From the NCBI GenBank assembly GCA_963706025.1, contig CAVPLM010000003.1:96001-160000 (forward strand): 64,000 nt of DNA, written 5' to 3'. Shown piece by piece: positions 40,600 to 54,028 of this stretch. Source of the DNA: an uncultured Actinomycetes bacterium (GTDB lineage Bacteria; Actinomycetota; Thermoleophilia; RBG-16-64-13). The notes beneath the pieces are model-generated. The model saw nothing but the letters and a program-made list of their open reading frames with translations, ran no database searches and was not told the DNA's origin. Within the stretch, counting starts at the first letter, position 1; every line of letters begins with the position of its first letter. Both the position numbers and the translations under genes were made by a program.

Positions 40600-41392
40600 T
40601 GCTCTTGCCTCCACTCTTCCCAGCCGAAGCCGGTGGCGTCACGGCGGTCCCCTTGGGCTTCGCAGCCTTCTCCTTGGCTGGAACCGCAACGATCGGCACC
40701 GGGCGTGGCATGACCTTCTCGGCGGTGAACTGCTGAGCTATAGTCCACAAGTTCGATGTGAACCAATAGATCATTAAACCTGCAGGCCACTTACCTATGT
40801 ACATGAAGATTCCAACGATGATCGGCATGAAATAGGCAATCATCTTTTGTTGACCAGGGCTCTTCCTGGCGGTTTGCCAAGAAGCAACAAACTGGCTTGC
40901 AATATAGAGGAACATCAAAATAATACTGAACTTGGTGATATCGGGTATCCACAACCAACTTACAGGGTAATCGGGAGAACCCGGAGCGAACGCGCCGGCC
41001 GCGGAGCCAACGGCACCCTCCGCTACTGTTTTCCCCGCGTTGTTCAGCATGATGAAGAGCCCAAAGAAGACGGGAAGCTGGAGCAGCAAGGGGAGACAGG
41101 AGCTGAAGGGGCTGACCTTGTTCTCCTGGTAGAATTCCATGGTCTTCTGGTTCAGCAGTTGGCGATCATTCTTGTACTTCTCCTGCAATGCCTTTATCTC
41201 CGGCTGCAGGGCCTGCATCGCCCGCATGCTCTTGATCTGGCGCCACGTCAACGGAATAAGGGCGATCCGAACGATCACCGTGAGTAGCACGATCGACCAA
41301 GACCAGTTGATCCCCAGGTTCTCGTGCAGGAACGTGAGGATGTAGAAGAAGAAATCTGCGAGCGGCGAAAAGAGATTGTAGATGCTCTGCAT
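40502..41392 (-). CDS. yidC: Membrane protein insertase YidC
   Basis: SIVLLTVIVR, SCLPLLLQLPVF and GLMIYW. Confidence 0.95.
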   Translation of the reverse strand: MQSIYNLFSPLADFFFYILTFLHENLGINWSWSIVLLTVIVRIALIPLTWRQIKSMRAMQALQPEIKALQEKYKNDRQLLNQKTMEFYQENKVSPFSSCLPLLLQLPVFFGLFIMLNNAGKTVAEGAVGSAAGAFAPGSPDYPVSWLWIPDITKFSIILMFLYIASQFVASWQTARKSPGQQKMIAYFMPIIVGIFMYIGKWPAGLMIYWFTSNLWTIAQQFTAEKVMPRPVPIVAVPAKEKAAKPKGTAVTPPASAGKSGGKSSGKKPGTQRKTTGSKGQRPNSGAGRPKSSGRT

Positions 41393-41400
41393 GCCGCCCC

Positions 41401-41730
41401 CTAAGCCGTCCCCGTCCGGTGACGTCTCAGCCCGCGCTTCCGCGGCATCGCCCGGGGACCACCCGGGTCCTCCCTGGGACGAGAAGCAAATAGGGTCTGA
41501 CGTTCAACCGGGTCATATCCCCCGTGGCTCAGCGGGTTGCACCGCAGAACACGCCACGAAGCCAGTACGAAACCGCGCAACACGCCGTATTCCGTAATCG
41601 CATCGATCGCGTACTGCGAGCAGGACGGGTAGTACCTGCACCGCCCCGGCAGCCCAGGCGAGATGAAGGTCTGGTAGCCGCGAACGCCCCAGACCAAGAC
41701 GATCCTGACCGGATTCCAACGGCCGATCAC
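41401..41730 (-). CDS. yidD: Membrane protein insertion efficiency factor
   Basis: YQ-FISP, CRYYPSCSQY and RCNPLSHGGYDPV. Confidence 0.95.
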   Translation of the reverse strand: MIGRWNPVRIVLVWGVRGYQTFISPGLPGRCRYYPSCSQYAIDAITEYGVLRGFVLASWRVLRCNPLSHGGYDPVERQTLFASRPREDPGGPRAMPRKRGLRRHRTGTA

Positions 41731-42125
41731 GAGGATTGCCTACGTTCCTCTCCGGAGACGATCAGAGAGGCTTTGCGAAAGACCTCCAGCATCTTGGCCT
41801 CCACCGCGGCAAAGCCCCCGGTCTCGAGCAGTTCGACAATCGGCGTCCGGGCGATCAGAACGAAGTCCATGTTTCCCCTGAGAGATCGGCCGTTCGCACG
41901 GTAAGCCTCCCGTAAGACACGCTTGATGCGATTCCGGTCGACCGCTGTCCCCAGCCGCTTGGAAACGGAGAACCCGACTCGTGGCCCGACTACGACCTCC
42001 GCCGACCCGGGTGAAGAGCGCTCAAAATAGTATAGGACCAAGAACCTGTTGGCAACAGATCGGCCCGAGCGATAGACCCGGGCGAAGTCCTCAGACCTCG
42101 AAAGCCGGCCCCGGGACCGATCCAC
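41727..42125 (-). CDS. rnpA: Ribonuclease P protein component
   Basis: RVGFSVSKRLGTAVDRNRIKR. Confidence 0.95.
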   Translation of the reverse strand: MDRSRGRLSRSEDFARVYRSGRSVANRFLVLYYFERSSPGSAEVVVGPRVGFSVSKRLGTAVDRNRIKRVLREAYRANGRSLRGNMDFVLIARTPIVELLETGGFAAVEAKMLEVFRKASLIVSGEERRQSS

Positions 42126-42130
42126 ACCGG

Positions 42131-42265
42131 TCAGGCCGAAAGACGTTTGCGACCCTTGTCGCGCCGGCGCTTAAGCACCGCCCTGCCGGCGCGTGTGCTC
42201 ATGCGGGCCCGGAACCCGTGAGTCTTCTTGCGTTTTCGCTTGTTGGGCTGGTACGTCCTCTTCAC
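42131..42265 (-). CDS. rpmH: 50S ribosomal protein L34 (not in ORF track)
   Basis: Manual translation [44 protein letters not shown]. Confidence 0.97.
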   Translation of the reverse strand: MKRTYQPNKRKRKKTHGFRARMSTRAGRAVLKRRRDKGRKRLSA

Positions 42266-42569
42266 GTTTCCTCGCTTATAACTCTAGCGCCGCAGACACC
42301 GCAAGCCTGCGGGCACGCTGTCAAGACCGTCCGCCGAGCCACCTCGGGATCCGCTCCCGGGCACGCTCTTGAGAACCCTCCTGAGAAGGGGGCGAAGTAT
42401 ACAAGTCCGCTCTCTCCCCGTCAATCACGGTCATCGCCAATCAGTGCGATGGGCGATCTGGGCCGGTGGGGGCACGCCCTAGGCCGCGAACGATCGGAGG
42501 ACTTCTCGGATACGGGCTCCGCAAGTGTCGATCCGCTCGCTTCGTCAACTTCCCGCCACAGGCGTACAC

Positions 42570-43215
42570 AGGCAGCTGGGGATACTGTGGAAAACATGGG
42601 GTCTCAGCTTTTGTTTGTGCGAACGTCCTCGGCATACCTGTGGAACCAGCCCCGTATGGACCCGCTCTCAGCGCACGCCACAGAACCCTCTACCCCGTCT
42701 TGCGTGAGCCACTCTCGCACAATCTCCCGCAACCCGCGGCGTCGCCGACTTGACGCGGCCACGAGACGGGCCGCGTCGCCTCCCCGGGGTTTCCTATCGC
42801 CCTGCTCGCCCCGCACCGGAAGCACGTCCATAGCGGCTCCCTGGCGCGTCTATCGTCCTCGATACTACCCGCGACGCCTGAAAGGACTGTTGGGTGCAGC
42901 CCCCTGCCCCTGTGCGCGCCCCCGGCGGCAACCCTGGGCCATCTGGGGCCGAGGGACCTCCTCAAGGTGGCACTGCTCGCGCCGGGAGAAATCGACTTTC
43001 CCCATTTTCAACAGAAAAGCTGGTCTATGCGGCCATCACGTTTCTCCTTTCTGCACTTTTTCCACACCTGTGGACATCCCTGTGGATAGACGGGCATTAG
43101 ATCCTGCAAAAGCCCCTTCTCCCCCCGAAGACATGGGCCCGTTCCGAGGCGCTTTCTTCAGCAAAGAATCGGAGATTCCGTACTTCTGTTCCCGGCAAGG
43201 CTGTGGAAAATCACC
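42570..43215. other. oriC, upstream DnaA-box cluster
   Basis: DnaA-box-like 9-mers at 42586 (TGTGGAAAA), 43005 (TTTTCAACA), 43058 (TTTTCCACA), 43069, 43081 (TGTGGATAG) and 43202 (TGTGGAAAA). Confidence 0.8.
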
Positions 43216-43291
43216 CATTTGCTCGATACAATGGCGGAGCGTTTTCGGCACGTGCCGGACCTACCTCGCGCAGGAGACCGAACACCTCGTC

Positions 43292-44191
43292 ATGATGGTC
43301 GAACCGTCCCTTCAGACCTCCTCCCCGGCTGAACCGCCGGCAGTCGCCGTCGCTCCCATTCCAGACCCGATAGACGCCGTGGCAGATCGCTCCGACGATT
43401 ACCGCGACGACCTGCGGCGTATCGACAACCCGGGGTTCGACGATCCAGGAGGGACCCTTATCTCTGACCCTCGCGGGGAACCGCCACGCATAGCGGTGTA
43501 CGGCGAACCGAGCACTCCCCCCGTCGTGGTTCCGATCACCGACATCCCTTTGACCGATGGCCAGGTGCCCGCGCTGATCGAGGCTCTCACCAACCGAGCC
43601 TGCGATCGCGCCCGGGAGTTGGGAGGCCGGCTCCCCATCACGGTCTTTCGCGAATTGGTCGAGAACCTGGTCCATGCGTCGTTCGCCGGGGTGGTGATCA
43701 CCATCCTCGATCAGGGCAACACTCTGCGCGTCAGCGACAGGGGACCGGGGATCCCCGACAAGGAGGCCGCTTTGCGCCCAGGCTTCACCTCCGCGGACGT
43801 TGCTGCAAAGCGATTCATCCGAGGGGTCGGCTCCGGCTTCTCAGTGGTCAAAGAGACTCTGGCCGGACTGGACGGGGTCCTCGACATCGAGGACAACCTG
43901 GGTCGGGGCACGGTCGTCACTGCCCGGGTGAGCCCACTGCCCGACACGCCTCTCGCGCCCGCGGTGCTCCCGGCCTATAATCTCTCTGAGCGCCAGCTTA
44001 AGACCCTTCTGCTGACGGTGGAGCTTGCTCCGGTCGGTCCGACCCGGATCGCCCAGGAGTTGGGCGTGTCTACCTCGACCGCGTATCGAGATCTTGTCTC
44101 GTTGGAGGATGCCGGCTTTGTCACCTCTCAGGCGACCGGACACCGTTCGGTGACCGAGTCAGGATTGGCCTATTTGGACGTCGTGCTCTGA
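43292..44191 (+). CDS. GHKL (RsbT-like) ATPase/kinase fused to a C-terminal winged HTH
   Basis: N-box ELVEN, G1 DRGPGIP, G2 GVGSG and GT boxes; wHTH LSERQ...IAQELGVSTSTAYRDLVSLEDAGFV; start uncertain. Confidence 0.85.
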   Translation: MMVEPSLQTSSPAEPPAVAVAPIPDPIDAVADRSDDYRDDLRRIDNPGFDDPGGTLISDPRGEPPRIAVYGEPSTPPVVVPITDIPLTDGQVPALIEALTNRACDRARELGGRLPITVFRELVENLVHASFAGVVITILDQGNTLRVSDRGPGIPDKEAALRPGFTSADVAAKRFIRGVGSGFSVVKETLAGLDGVLDIEDNLGRGTVVTARVSPLPDTPLAPAVLPAYNLSERQLKTLLLTVELAPVGPTRIAQELGVSTSTAYRDLVSLEDAGFVTSQATGHRSVTESGLAYLDVVL

Positions 44192-44245
44192 AAAAGGCGT
44201 CGCTCCGCCCGGAGCCCGCTGGATCGCACAGATTGCTAGGGAGAG

Positions 44246-45769
44246 ATGATCGTGGACTCAAGGAGCGTAGATCCTATCTGGGAGGAAGCTCTCAGCATCA
44301 TCTCGCAGCAGATCAACGAGGGTACCTTCCGTATCTGGTTCGAACAGACGGTCGGTCTGGGGCTGATCGACGACACCTATGCCGTTGGGGTCGCCTCCGA
44401 TTTCGCCAAAGACTGGATCGAATCTCGTTTCCATGCTCTGATCGCGGACGCCGCCTCCCAGGTCGTCGGTCGACCGGTGCGTTGTGAGATCGTTGTCTCG
44501 CCCGACGTGTTCCGCACCGTCGCCCACGAGGAGGCTGCCTTCACTTCTTCCCATGAGCAGGCCCTCGGCCCGGACTTTGGGGCACCCCAGTATAGCCCTG
44601 GCGGTGCGTCGGCGGGCTTGTCCTCGCCGGCCCGCCGGCGAGGACAAGCCCGGTCCGCCTCCGCCACCGGCCAGGGCAGCGGCTCGCTCGGCACTCTTGC
44701 TCCACGATCTTCCGCGGGGGCGTTGACCGACGCTAACCCGGTGGCCTCCGGTCTCATCGACAAGTACACCTTCGACACGTTCGTCATAGGCCCGTCGAAC
44801 CGCTTCGCACACGCCGCTGCGCTGGCGGCCGCTGAGACTCCGGGCACCCAATACAACCCACTGTTCATTTACGGAGGAGTGGGCCTGGGCAAGACCCACC
44901 TTCTGCAGGCGATCGGCCAGTACGTCACTCATCACAGCCCTGGGCTACGGGTACGCTACGTCACTCTCGAGACGTTCACCAACGATTTCATCAACTCACT
45001 TCGCGACGACAGTATCGAAGGCTTCAAGAACAAGTACAGGACCATCGACGTCTTGTTGATCGACGACATCCAGTTCTTGCAGAAGAAGGAACAGACCCAG
45101 GAGGAGTTCTTCCACACGTTCAACACGCTCTACGACGCACAGAAGCAGATCGTCATCACGTCCGACAGACACCCCAAGGGCCTCGCCACATTGGAGGACC
45201 GACTCGTCTCGCGCTTCGAGTGGGGGCTGATTACCGACATCCAACCGCCCGACCTTGAGACACGAGTGGCCATCCTGCGTAAGAAAGTACACAGCGACGG
45301 CATTCCGCTTGCCGACGACGACGTCCTGATGCTCATCGCCTCACGAGTGCCCACCAATATCCGAGAGCTGGAGGGGTGCCTGACCCGGGTGGTCGCCTTT
45401 TCCTCTATCAACAAGCGTCCGATCGATGTCGATCTCGCTCATGAGGTGCTCAAGGATATCCCCGAGACGGCCTCCACGCGTGTCACCATCGACCTCATCC
45501 TTTCGATTGTAGCCGAGTCCACCGGTGTGTCAGTGACGGAGATCACGGGTGACAAGCGCTCTCGCCCAGTCGTAGAGAGCCGGCACTTGGCGATGTATCT
45601 CGCTCGGGAGCTCACCGACCTAAGCCTTCCAAAGATCGGGGATCGAATTGGGAACCGTGATCACACCACAGTCCTACACGCCGTGGAGAAGATCACAAAA
45701 CTCATGCAGCAGGACCGAGACCTGTACAACCGGGTTCAGCGATTGACCGCTAAGATCAAGAGCGCCTGA
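44246..45769 (+). CDS. dnaA: Chromosomal replication initiator DnaA
   Basis: [27 protein letters not shown] and RDHTTV. Confidence 0.98.
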   Translation: MIVDSRSVDPIWEEALSIISQQINEGTFRIWFEQTVGLGLIDDTYAVGVASDFAKDWIESRFHALIADAASQVVGRPVRCEIVVSPDVFRTVAHEEAAFTSSHEQALGPDFGAPQYSPGGASAGLSSPARRRGQARSASATGQGSGSLGTLAPRSSAGALTDANPVASGLIDKYTFDTFVIGPSNRFAHAAALAAAETPGTQYNPLFIYGGVGLGKTHLLQAIGQYVTHHSPGLRVRYVTLETFTNDFINSLRDDSIEGFKNKYRTIDVLLIDDIQFLQKKEQTQEEFFHTFNTLYDAQKQIVITSDRHPKGLATLEDRLVSRFEWGLITDIQPPDLETRVAILRKKVHSDGIPLADDDVLMLIASRVPTNIRELEGCLTRVVAFSSINKRPIDVDLAHEVLKDIPETASTRVTIDLILSIVAESTGVSVTEITGDKRSRPVVESRHLAMYLARELTDLSLPKIGDRIGNRDHTTVLHAVEKITKLMQQDRDLYNRVQRLTAKIKSA

Positions 45770-46020
45770 TGGCGTCTCTTCCACAGTCACCTGTCTATAA
45801 CCTGAGTACACCTTGTGCAGAGAGACGGTCGCGCACGCCCCTTTTCTCTACCCTCCCAGAAAGCGCCGCTTCGTCCACCCTCCATCCCCAGGCAGAGCTG
45901 CGCTTCCCCATCGACCTTTCCCTGCTCCGAGCGTGGCTACCTCAGCTGTCAACATCTTCCACAGTACCTACTAAACCAGCTATATTTCTTTCTAGAGATC
46001 TTAATAATAGTAGGCACGAT
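45770..46020. other. oriC unwinding region (DnaA boxes, DnaA-trios, AT-rich DUE)
   Basis: TCTTCCACA at 45777; tandem CTGTCAACA-TCTTCCACA at 45946-45963 followed by CTACTA and an AT-rich stretch. Confidence 0.8.
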
Positions 46021-46067
46021 CTAAGCCGCATCTAGCCGACCTCCATCGACGTGACCTAGGAGCACCG

Positions 46068-47171
46068 ATGAAAGTCATCACACAGAAGACGGCGCTTGTT
46101 GAGTGTTTGGGAATTGTCAACAAGGCGGTTTCCTCACGTAGTTCGATACAGGTGCTTTCCGGCGTGCTCGTCGAGGCCCGTGAAGAGGGGATCATGATGT
46201 CTGCCACCGACATGGAGATCTCCTTGAGAGCGCCGCTCGCGGGACACGTAGAACGGCCCGGGTCGTTAGTGGTCCCGGCTCGGATAGTCACGGACATCGC
46301 GCGCAGCTTGCCCGCAGGGGAGGTGACGATGGAGCAGCGCCCCGGAGAGACTCAAGTCGAGATCCACGCGGGAGAATCAATGTTCACCCTGCACTCACTG
46401 CCGGCGGTGGATTTTCCCCAACTTCCGAGTCTGGCCGGCGAGGGCTTCACAGTCAAGAAGCCCGCCTTCATCGAGACCGTCGATCGGGTGGCGCCCTCGG
46501 CATCCCGCGATGAGACCCGGCCCGTGCTTACGGGGGTGCTCATCCAGTTCGCCAAGAACTCCGTGCGCATGGTGGCCACTGATAGCTACCGCCTTAGCGT
46601 GAAAGAGACCCCCGTCGAGTCGTCGTTGACGGAGAAGCTGCAGTCCATCGTTCCCGCTCGGACTCTCCTCGAGCTGTCCCGCATCGCGTCCAGCGTAAGC
46701 GATGAGACCATCACCATCCTGCCCACGGAAAACCAGATACTCTTCCATGTCGGGGGTGTGTCCCTGATCTCCAGGTTGATCGACGGCCAGTTCCCCAACT
46801 ACAAGCAACTGATCCCCGAGACGTTCGACTACGAGGTGGCGGTCGACCACGATGAGCTGCTTGAGGCGGTCCGGCGCGTGGGACTACTCGCCCAGAAGAA
46901 CACCCCCCTGCGTCTGCGCTTCTCGAGCAACACCCTGACGGTGTCGGCGGAAGCCCAAGACGTGGGCAAAGCGCACGAAGCCATGCCCATCCAATACTCG
47001 GGAGACGATCTCGAGATAGGTTTCAACCCGGAGTTTCTCGAGGCCGGTGTGGCCGCTGTCAAGGAGTCTCCCGTCTATCTCAGGTTCATAAGTCCGCTGC
47101 GGCCTGGTCTGATCAAGGGAGCGGGTGACGACTTCATGTATCTGGTCATGCCCATTCGCTTGAACGACTAG
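46068..47171 (+). CDS. dnaN: DNA polymerase III beta clamp
   Basis: ATDME, RPVLTG, ATDSYRL, LIDGQFPNY and MPIR. Confidence 0.97.
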   Translation: MKVITQKTALVECLGIVNKAVSSRSSIQVLSGVLVEAREEGIMMSATDMEISLRAPLAGHVERPGSLVVPARIVTDIARSLPAGEVTMEQRPGETQVEIHAGESMFTLHSLPAVDFPQLPSLAGEGFTVKKPAFIETVDRVAPSASRDETRPVLTGVLIQFAKNSVRMVATDSYRLSVKETPVESSLTEKLQSIVPARTLLELSRIASSVSDETITILPTENQILFHVGGVSLISRLIDGQFPNYKQLIPETFDYEVAVDHDELLEAVRRVGLLAQKNTPLRLRFSSNTLTVSAEAQDVGKAHEAMPIQYSGDDLEIGFNPEFLEAGVAAVKESPVYLRFISPLRPGLIKGAGDDFMYLVMPIRLND

Positions 47172-47189
47172 AGCCCGGTTGCGCCGGCC

Positions 47190-47447
47190 GTGGCCGCTCC
47201 GACGCCCATAGCGGTCGACCTGCCCATCACTCTGGGCCAATTCGTCAAGCTGGCCGGGCTTGCGGCGACAGGGGGCGACGCCAAGAACCTGGTCACTTCC
47301 GGCTCGGTGCGGGTGAACGACGAGGTGGAGAAGCGCCGGGGACACAAGTTGGCTTCGGGCGACATCGTGCAGGTCGGGGAGCAGAGGGCGCAGGTACTCC
47401 TTGCACCCGCGTGCACGCGGCCGACGCGCTTCGGGGAGCGGACCTGA
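47190..47447 (+). CDS. S4-domain RNA-binding protein (YaaA-like)
   Basis: ITLGQFVKLAGLAATGGDAK...RRGHKL. Confidence 0.9.
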   Translation: MAAPTPIAVDLPITLGQFVKLAGLAATGGDAKNLVTSGSVRVNDEVEKRRGHKLASGDIVQVGEQRAQVLLAPACTRPTRFGERT

Positions 47448-47452
47448 GCCTT

Positions 47453-48541
47453 GTGCTGCTGAGGAAAGTGCGGCTCACCAACGTCCGCTCCCGCCGGGCG
47501 CTCGAGGTGGGCTTGGGACCGGGTCTGACGATCCTGGTGGGACCGAACGGCGCCGGCAAGACCACGGTGCTGGAAGCCGCCGCCCTTGTGCTCGAGGGGT
47601 CGATGCTCAGGCCGGGGACTATTCGCGATCTGATCCGCCGGAGCGAGGATTTCCTCCGGGTGGAGGTCGAGTTGCTCGAGGCAGGGACGACCACCGTGGC
47701 TGCCGCCGCCCACTCCCGAGCGGGCGAGCGCCGTCTGACCGCCGATGGAGCTCCGCTGGACGACGCCTCCCGGTGGCAGGGTCTGCTGCCAATCCGCACT
47801 TTCGTCCCCGACGACTTGCGCCTCATCAAAGGCAGCCCTCGGAGGAGACGCGAATACCTGGACAGTCTGGCCGGACGCTGCGACCCTGCCTACCCCGGCA
47901 TCTTGCGCCGCTACGAGGAGGCGCTTTCTCAGCGGAACACACTACTCCGGGCCTTACGGGGCGGCGACCAAGACCGTCAATTCAGCCCCTGGGAGTCGAT
48001 CTTGGCGCAGACGGGACTAGCGGTATCCCGCGGCCGTGAAGCCGCGCTGGCCTCCTTCGTGGGCCTTTTCCAGCGCACACACGCCGATCTCACCGGCGAG
48101 GCCGTGGATGCCTTGCGGCTCGTGTACCGCACCAACGTCGCCGGACTGGACGAGACCGAATACCGATCGAGGCTTGCGCAGACCCGGGACGTCGATCGGC
48201 AACGCACCTATACTCACCTGGGGCCGCACCGCGACGATCTGAGATTGACGTGCCGCGACCTCGATGTCCGCGAATGTGCTTCTCAGGGCGAGCAGCGCGC
48301 AGCTCTCCTGGCCCTGGTGTTGGCGGAGTGGGACTACTCGTGCGGTCTTTCGCAGTGCTCGTCACAAAGGCCGTTGCTGTTGCTGGACGATGTCATGAGC
48401 GAACTGGACGAAGACCGCCGGAGGGCGCTGGTGGCCCTGCTGAGACGTGGCGGCCAGGCCGTGATCACCACCACCGAGCTTCGCTATTTCTCGCCTGAGG
48501 AATTGGCCGACGCCACAGTGGTGGAGCTCTCGCCGGAGTGA
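47453..48541 (+). CDS. recF: DNA replication/repair protein RecF
   Basis: GPNGAGKT, GPHRDD, SQGEQR and LLLDDVMSELD. Confidence 0.94.
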   Translation: MLLRKVRLTNVRSRRALEVGLGPGLTILVGPNGAGKTTVLEAAALVLEGSMLRPGTIRDLIRRSEDFLRVEVELLEAGTTTVAAAAHSRAGERRLTADGAPLDDASRWQGLLPIRTFVPDDLRLIKGSPRRRREYLDSLAGRCDPAYPGILRRYEEALSQRNTLLRALRGGDQDRQFSPWESILAQTGLAVSRGREAALASFVGLFQRTHADLTGEAVDALRLVYRTNVAGLDETEYRSRLAQTRDVDRQRTYTHLGPHRDDLRLTCRDLDVRECASQGEQRAALLALVLAEWDYSCGLSQCSSQRPLLLLDDVMSELDEDRRRALVALLRRGGQAVITTTELRYFSPEELADATVVELSPE

Positions 48542-48545
48542 AGGC

Positions 48546-49064
48546 GTGACGAGAAAGCCTGCCGACTTCGAACGCTTGGGAGACCTCCTGAAAGACGCGC
48601 GCGCTCCGCTTGCCGGCGGTGCCGACACCAGGGACCCGGAGGCTGAGCAAGGCGGCGGAGACGAGAGCAGGAGCGCGGCCAGACTGTTGGCTCTGGTCTG
48701 GCCCGAGATAGTGGGCGAGGAGGTGGCCGCCAACGCCAGACCTGTCCAACTGAGGCAGGGCAGATTGGTGGTCAGCGCTTCCTCCGCCTCCTGGGCGCAG
48801 ACCCTCCAACTCATGGGTGACACGATCATCAATCGCTTGAATGAACGCCTCGGCGGGGGGGCCGTGGACAGGGTCGTGTTCCGTCACGCGGGCTGGGAGG
48901 AGAGCGGGGGCCGCACCCTTGCGGGACCGGGAAAGGGTGGACCGGCGACCCGTCCGACGGTGGAAGAGGAGGCTGCGGTCGCCGGGGTGAGAAAGCTGGG
49001 CCTCGAGCCGGAGCTGGAGGATTCGATCCTGCGAGCGCTGAGGGCCTCTTTCAGACGATCCTGA
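48546..49064 (+). CDS. dciA: DciA / DUF721 helicase-associated protein
   Basis: WPEIVG-VAANARP...L-V---SASWAQTL; located between recF and gyrB. Confidence 0.85.
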   Translation: MTRKPADFERLGDLLKDARAPLAGGADTRDPEAEQGGGDESRSAARLLALVWPEIVGEEVAANARPVQLRQGRLVVSASSASWAQTLQLMGDTIINRLNERLGGGAVDRVVFRHAGWEESGGRTLAGPGKGGPATRPTVEEEAAVAGVRKLGLEPELEDSILRALRASFRRS

Positions 49065-49258
49065 CGCCTGCGGGAGATCCGCGGAGAGCAGGATTTCGTA
49101 CGCTGACAGCGCATTTCTCAAGGTGGGGAAAGGGGTCGGTGTGGTATCATATGAAAGGCAAAAACCGCACCCCCCATAGCGACAGGTCGGCCCTTTTTCC
49201 AGCCTCCCGGGAGCACTGCCATCGGCGGCGCGTGGGCGGGGGGTGCCGGTGCATGGAT

Positions 49259-49289
49259 AGCCGCATGAGTAAGCCGCATGAGTAGCCGC
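49259..49289. repeat. 13-bp tandem repeat in the gyrB leader
   Basis: AGCCGCATGAGTA twice plus a partial third copy. Confidence 0.8.
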
Positions 49290-49309
49290 GCGATGCGGCT
49301 GCGGGGTGA

Positions 49310-51421
<2,112 letters not shown>

Positions 51422-51424
51422 GCC

Positions 51425-54028
51425 GTGGAGACGCTGGAAGGCCGCATAGAGCAGATCGAGATCGCCGAGGAGATGCGGGCCTCGTATCTCGACTACGCGA
51501 TGAGCGTGATCGTGGGTCGGGCCCTGCCCGACGTCCGCGACGGCCTCAAGCCGGTTCACCGGCGGGTGCTCTTCGGTATGCACGACTCCGGTATGCAGCC
51601 CAACCGGCCCTACCGCAAATGCGCCCGCATCGTGGGGGACGTCATGGGTAACTTCCATCCCCACGGCGACCAGGCCATCTACGACGCTCTGGTCCGGATG
51701 GCCCAGGACTTCTCCATCCGCTACCCGCTGGTCGATGGCCACGGCAACTTCGGCTCGGTCGACGGCGACGCCGCCGCAGCCATGCGCTACACGGAGTGCC
51801 GGCTGGCCCGCATCGCCACGGAGATGCTGCGGGACATCGATGCAGAGACGGTCGACTGGACCCCCAACTACGATGAGAGCCGGGAAGAGCCCAAGGTCCT
51901 GCCCAGCCGTTTCCCCAACCTGCTGGTCAACGGCAGCTCGGGTATCGCCGTCGGCATGGCCACCAACGTGCCCCCGCACAACCTGCGCGAAGCCATCGCC
52001 GCCACGGTTGCTCTGATCGACGACCCGTCGCTCGCGAGCGGCGACCTCATGCGCTTCATCAAAGGGCCTGACTTCCCCACCGGCGGCTTGATCATGGGCA
52101 GTGCCGGCATTCGGGAGGGCTATGAGACCGGGCGCGGCCGAGTGGTGGTGCGCGCCCGCGCCCACTCCGAGCCGCTGAAACAGGGTAAGACCGCCATCAT
52201 AGTCACCGAACTGCCTTATCAGGTCAACAAGGCCCAGCTCATCGAGAAGATCGCCGAACTGGTGCGCGAGAAGAAGATCTCGGAGATCTCGGACCTGCGC
52301 GACGAGTCCGACCGCTCGGGCATGCGCGTCGTGATAGAGCTGAAGCGCGAGGCCATTCCGAAGGTGGTGCTCAACAAGCTTTTCAAGCACAGCGCGATGC
52401 AGTCGACGTTCGGGGTCAACATGCTCGCCCTGGTCGACGGCGTGCCCAAGACCCTGTCGCTCCGCGATATGCTCCGCCACTACATCGCCCACCAGAAGGA
52501 CGTCATCGTCCGTCGGACCCGATTCGAGCTCGACAAAGCCAAGAAGCGGGCCCACATCCTAGAGGGGCTGCTGGTGGCCATCGCCAATCTGGACGAGGTC
52601 ATCCGCATCATCCGCTCCAGCGAAGATACCGAGGCGGCCAAGCTGGGCCTGATAGGGCGGTTCGGCCTCAGCGAAGAGCAGGCTCAGGCCATCGTCGATC
52701 TGCGTCTTCGCAACCTCACCGCTCTCGAGCGACACAAGATCGAAGAGGAGCACCGCGATCTCATGGAGCGCATCGCCTACCTGGAGAGCCTGCTGGCGAG
52801 CGAGGCCATGATCTACGACGTCATCAAGGAGGAGCTCCTCGAGATCCGGCAGATGTACGGCGACGACCGCCGCACCGAGATCCTCCCCTCCGAGGACGAG
52901 ATCGACATCGAGGACATGATCGCGGTAGAGGAGATGGTCATCTCCATCACCGGCTCCGGCTACGTCAAGCGCCTGCCGGTCTCCACCTATCGTACGCAGC
53001 ACCGTGGCGGCATCGGCGTCATGGGCATGGACCTCAAAGAGGGCGACTACATCGAGCACCTCTTCATAACCACGACTCACCACTTCCTGCTTTTCATCAC
53101 CTCCCGGGGCAAGATCTATCGGCAGAAAGTGCACGAGCTACCTCTGGGGAGCCGGCAGAGCAAGGGGCGGCACGTGGCCAACCTGCTACCCCTGGCGCAA
53201 GGCGAGAAGATCAAGGCGGTCATCGCCACCAAGGACTACACCGACGCGAAGTACCTGGTGTTCGCCACCCAGAAGGGCATCGTGAAGAAGACCCGTTTCC
53301 TGGATTACGCCACCTCGCTGAAGGCCGACGGCATCATCGCCATCAACCTCGACGACGACGACGAGCTGGTGGCGGTACGGCACACCAGCGGGCACGACGA
53401 TCTCATCCTGGTGTCGAGCGACGGCAAGGCCATCCGTTTCCACGAATTTGACGTCCGCCCCACCGGGCGCAACACCATGGGCGTCCATGGCATGCGCATG
53501 CCCGAGGGACATGTTCTCGTGGGGATGGCGGTGGCCGAGGACGACGCCGACCTCTTCTGCGTCACCAGCGGGGGCTACGGCAAGCGCACTCCCGCCTCCA
53601 GCTATCCCGTCCACAAGCGGGGAGGCCAGGGGGTCATCACTATCAGAGACAGCCCCGACCGGGGCGACCTGGTTGGCGTGACCTCGGTGCGGAACAACCA
53701 CGAGCTCATGCTCATCAGCCAGGACGGCACCGTCATCCGGGTGCCGGTGGAGAGCGTGCGGACGACGGGCCGGAACACCATGGGCGTGCGGGTGATGAAC
53801 CTGCGCGGCGCCGACAAGGTCTCGAGTATGGCCCGGGTGGTCGCGACCTCCAATGGCAACGGGAACGGCGGTCACGGGGATGCGAGCGACGAGCATCCCG
53901 GTATCCACGCGGGAGACCTGGGCTCTGTCGACATCGACTATGGGAGCGACCTCGACGAGACCGACGCCGACTACGGAGACTACCTCGAAGAGACCGATCA
54001 GGGTCTGGACGGCGAGTCAGACGAGTAG
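51425..54028 (+). CDS. gyrA: DNA gyrase subunit A
   Basis: HPHGD, AAMRYTE, GyrA-box QHRGGIG and acidic tail. Confidence 0.98.
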   Translation: METLEGRIEQIEIAEEMRASYLDYAMSVIVGRALPDVRDGLKPVHRRVLFGMHDSGMQPNRPYRKCARIVGDVMGNFHPHGDQAIYDALVRMAQDFSIRYPLVDGHGNFGSVDGDAAAAMRYTECRLARIATEMLRDIDAETVDWTPNYDESREEPKVLPSRFPNLLVNGSSGIAVGMATNVPPHNLREAIAATVALIDDPSLASGDLMRFIKGPDFPTGGLIMGSAGIREGYETGRGRVVVRARAHSEPLKQGKTAIIVTELPYQVNKAQLIEKIAELVREKKISEISDLRDESDRSGMRVVIELKREAIPKVVLNKLFKHSAMQSTFGVNMLALVDGVPKTLSLRDMLRHYIAHQKDVIVRRTRFELDKAKKRAHILEGLLVAIANLDEVIRIIRSSEDTEAAKLGLIGRFGLSEEQAQAIVDLRLRNLTALERHKIEEEHRDLMERIAYLESLLASEAMIYDVIKEELLEIRQMYGDDRRTEILPSEDEIDIEDMIAVEEMVISITGSGYVKRLPVSTYRTQHRGGIGVMGMDLKEGDYIEHLFITTTHHFLLFITSRGKIYRQKVHELPLGSRQSKGRHVANLLPLAQGEKIKAVIATKDYTDAKYLVFATQKGIVKKTRFLDYATSLKADGIIAINLDDDDELVAVRHTSGHDDLILVSSDGKAIRFHEFDVRPTGRNTMGVHGMRMPEGHVLVGMAVAEDDADLFCVTSGGYGKRTPASSYPVHKRGGQGVITIRDSPDRGDLVGVTSVRNNHELMLISQDGTVIRVPVESVRTTGRNTMGVRVMNLRGADKVSSMARVVATSNGNGNGGHGDASDEHPGIHAGDLGSVDIDYGSDLDETDADYGDYLEETDQGLDGESDE

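Noticed and set aside
41981-43291. Apparent long N-terminal extension of the 736-aa ORF
   Set aside because: Overlaps rnpA/rpmH antisense and the DnaA-box region; only the part from about 43292 looks like a protein
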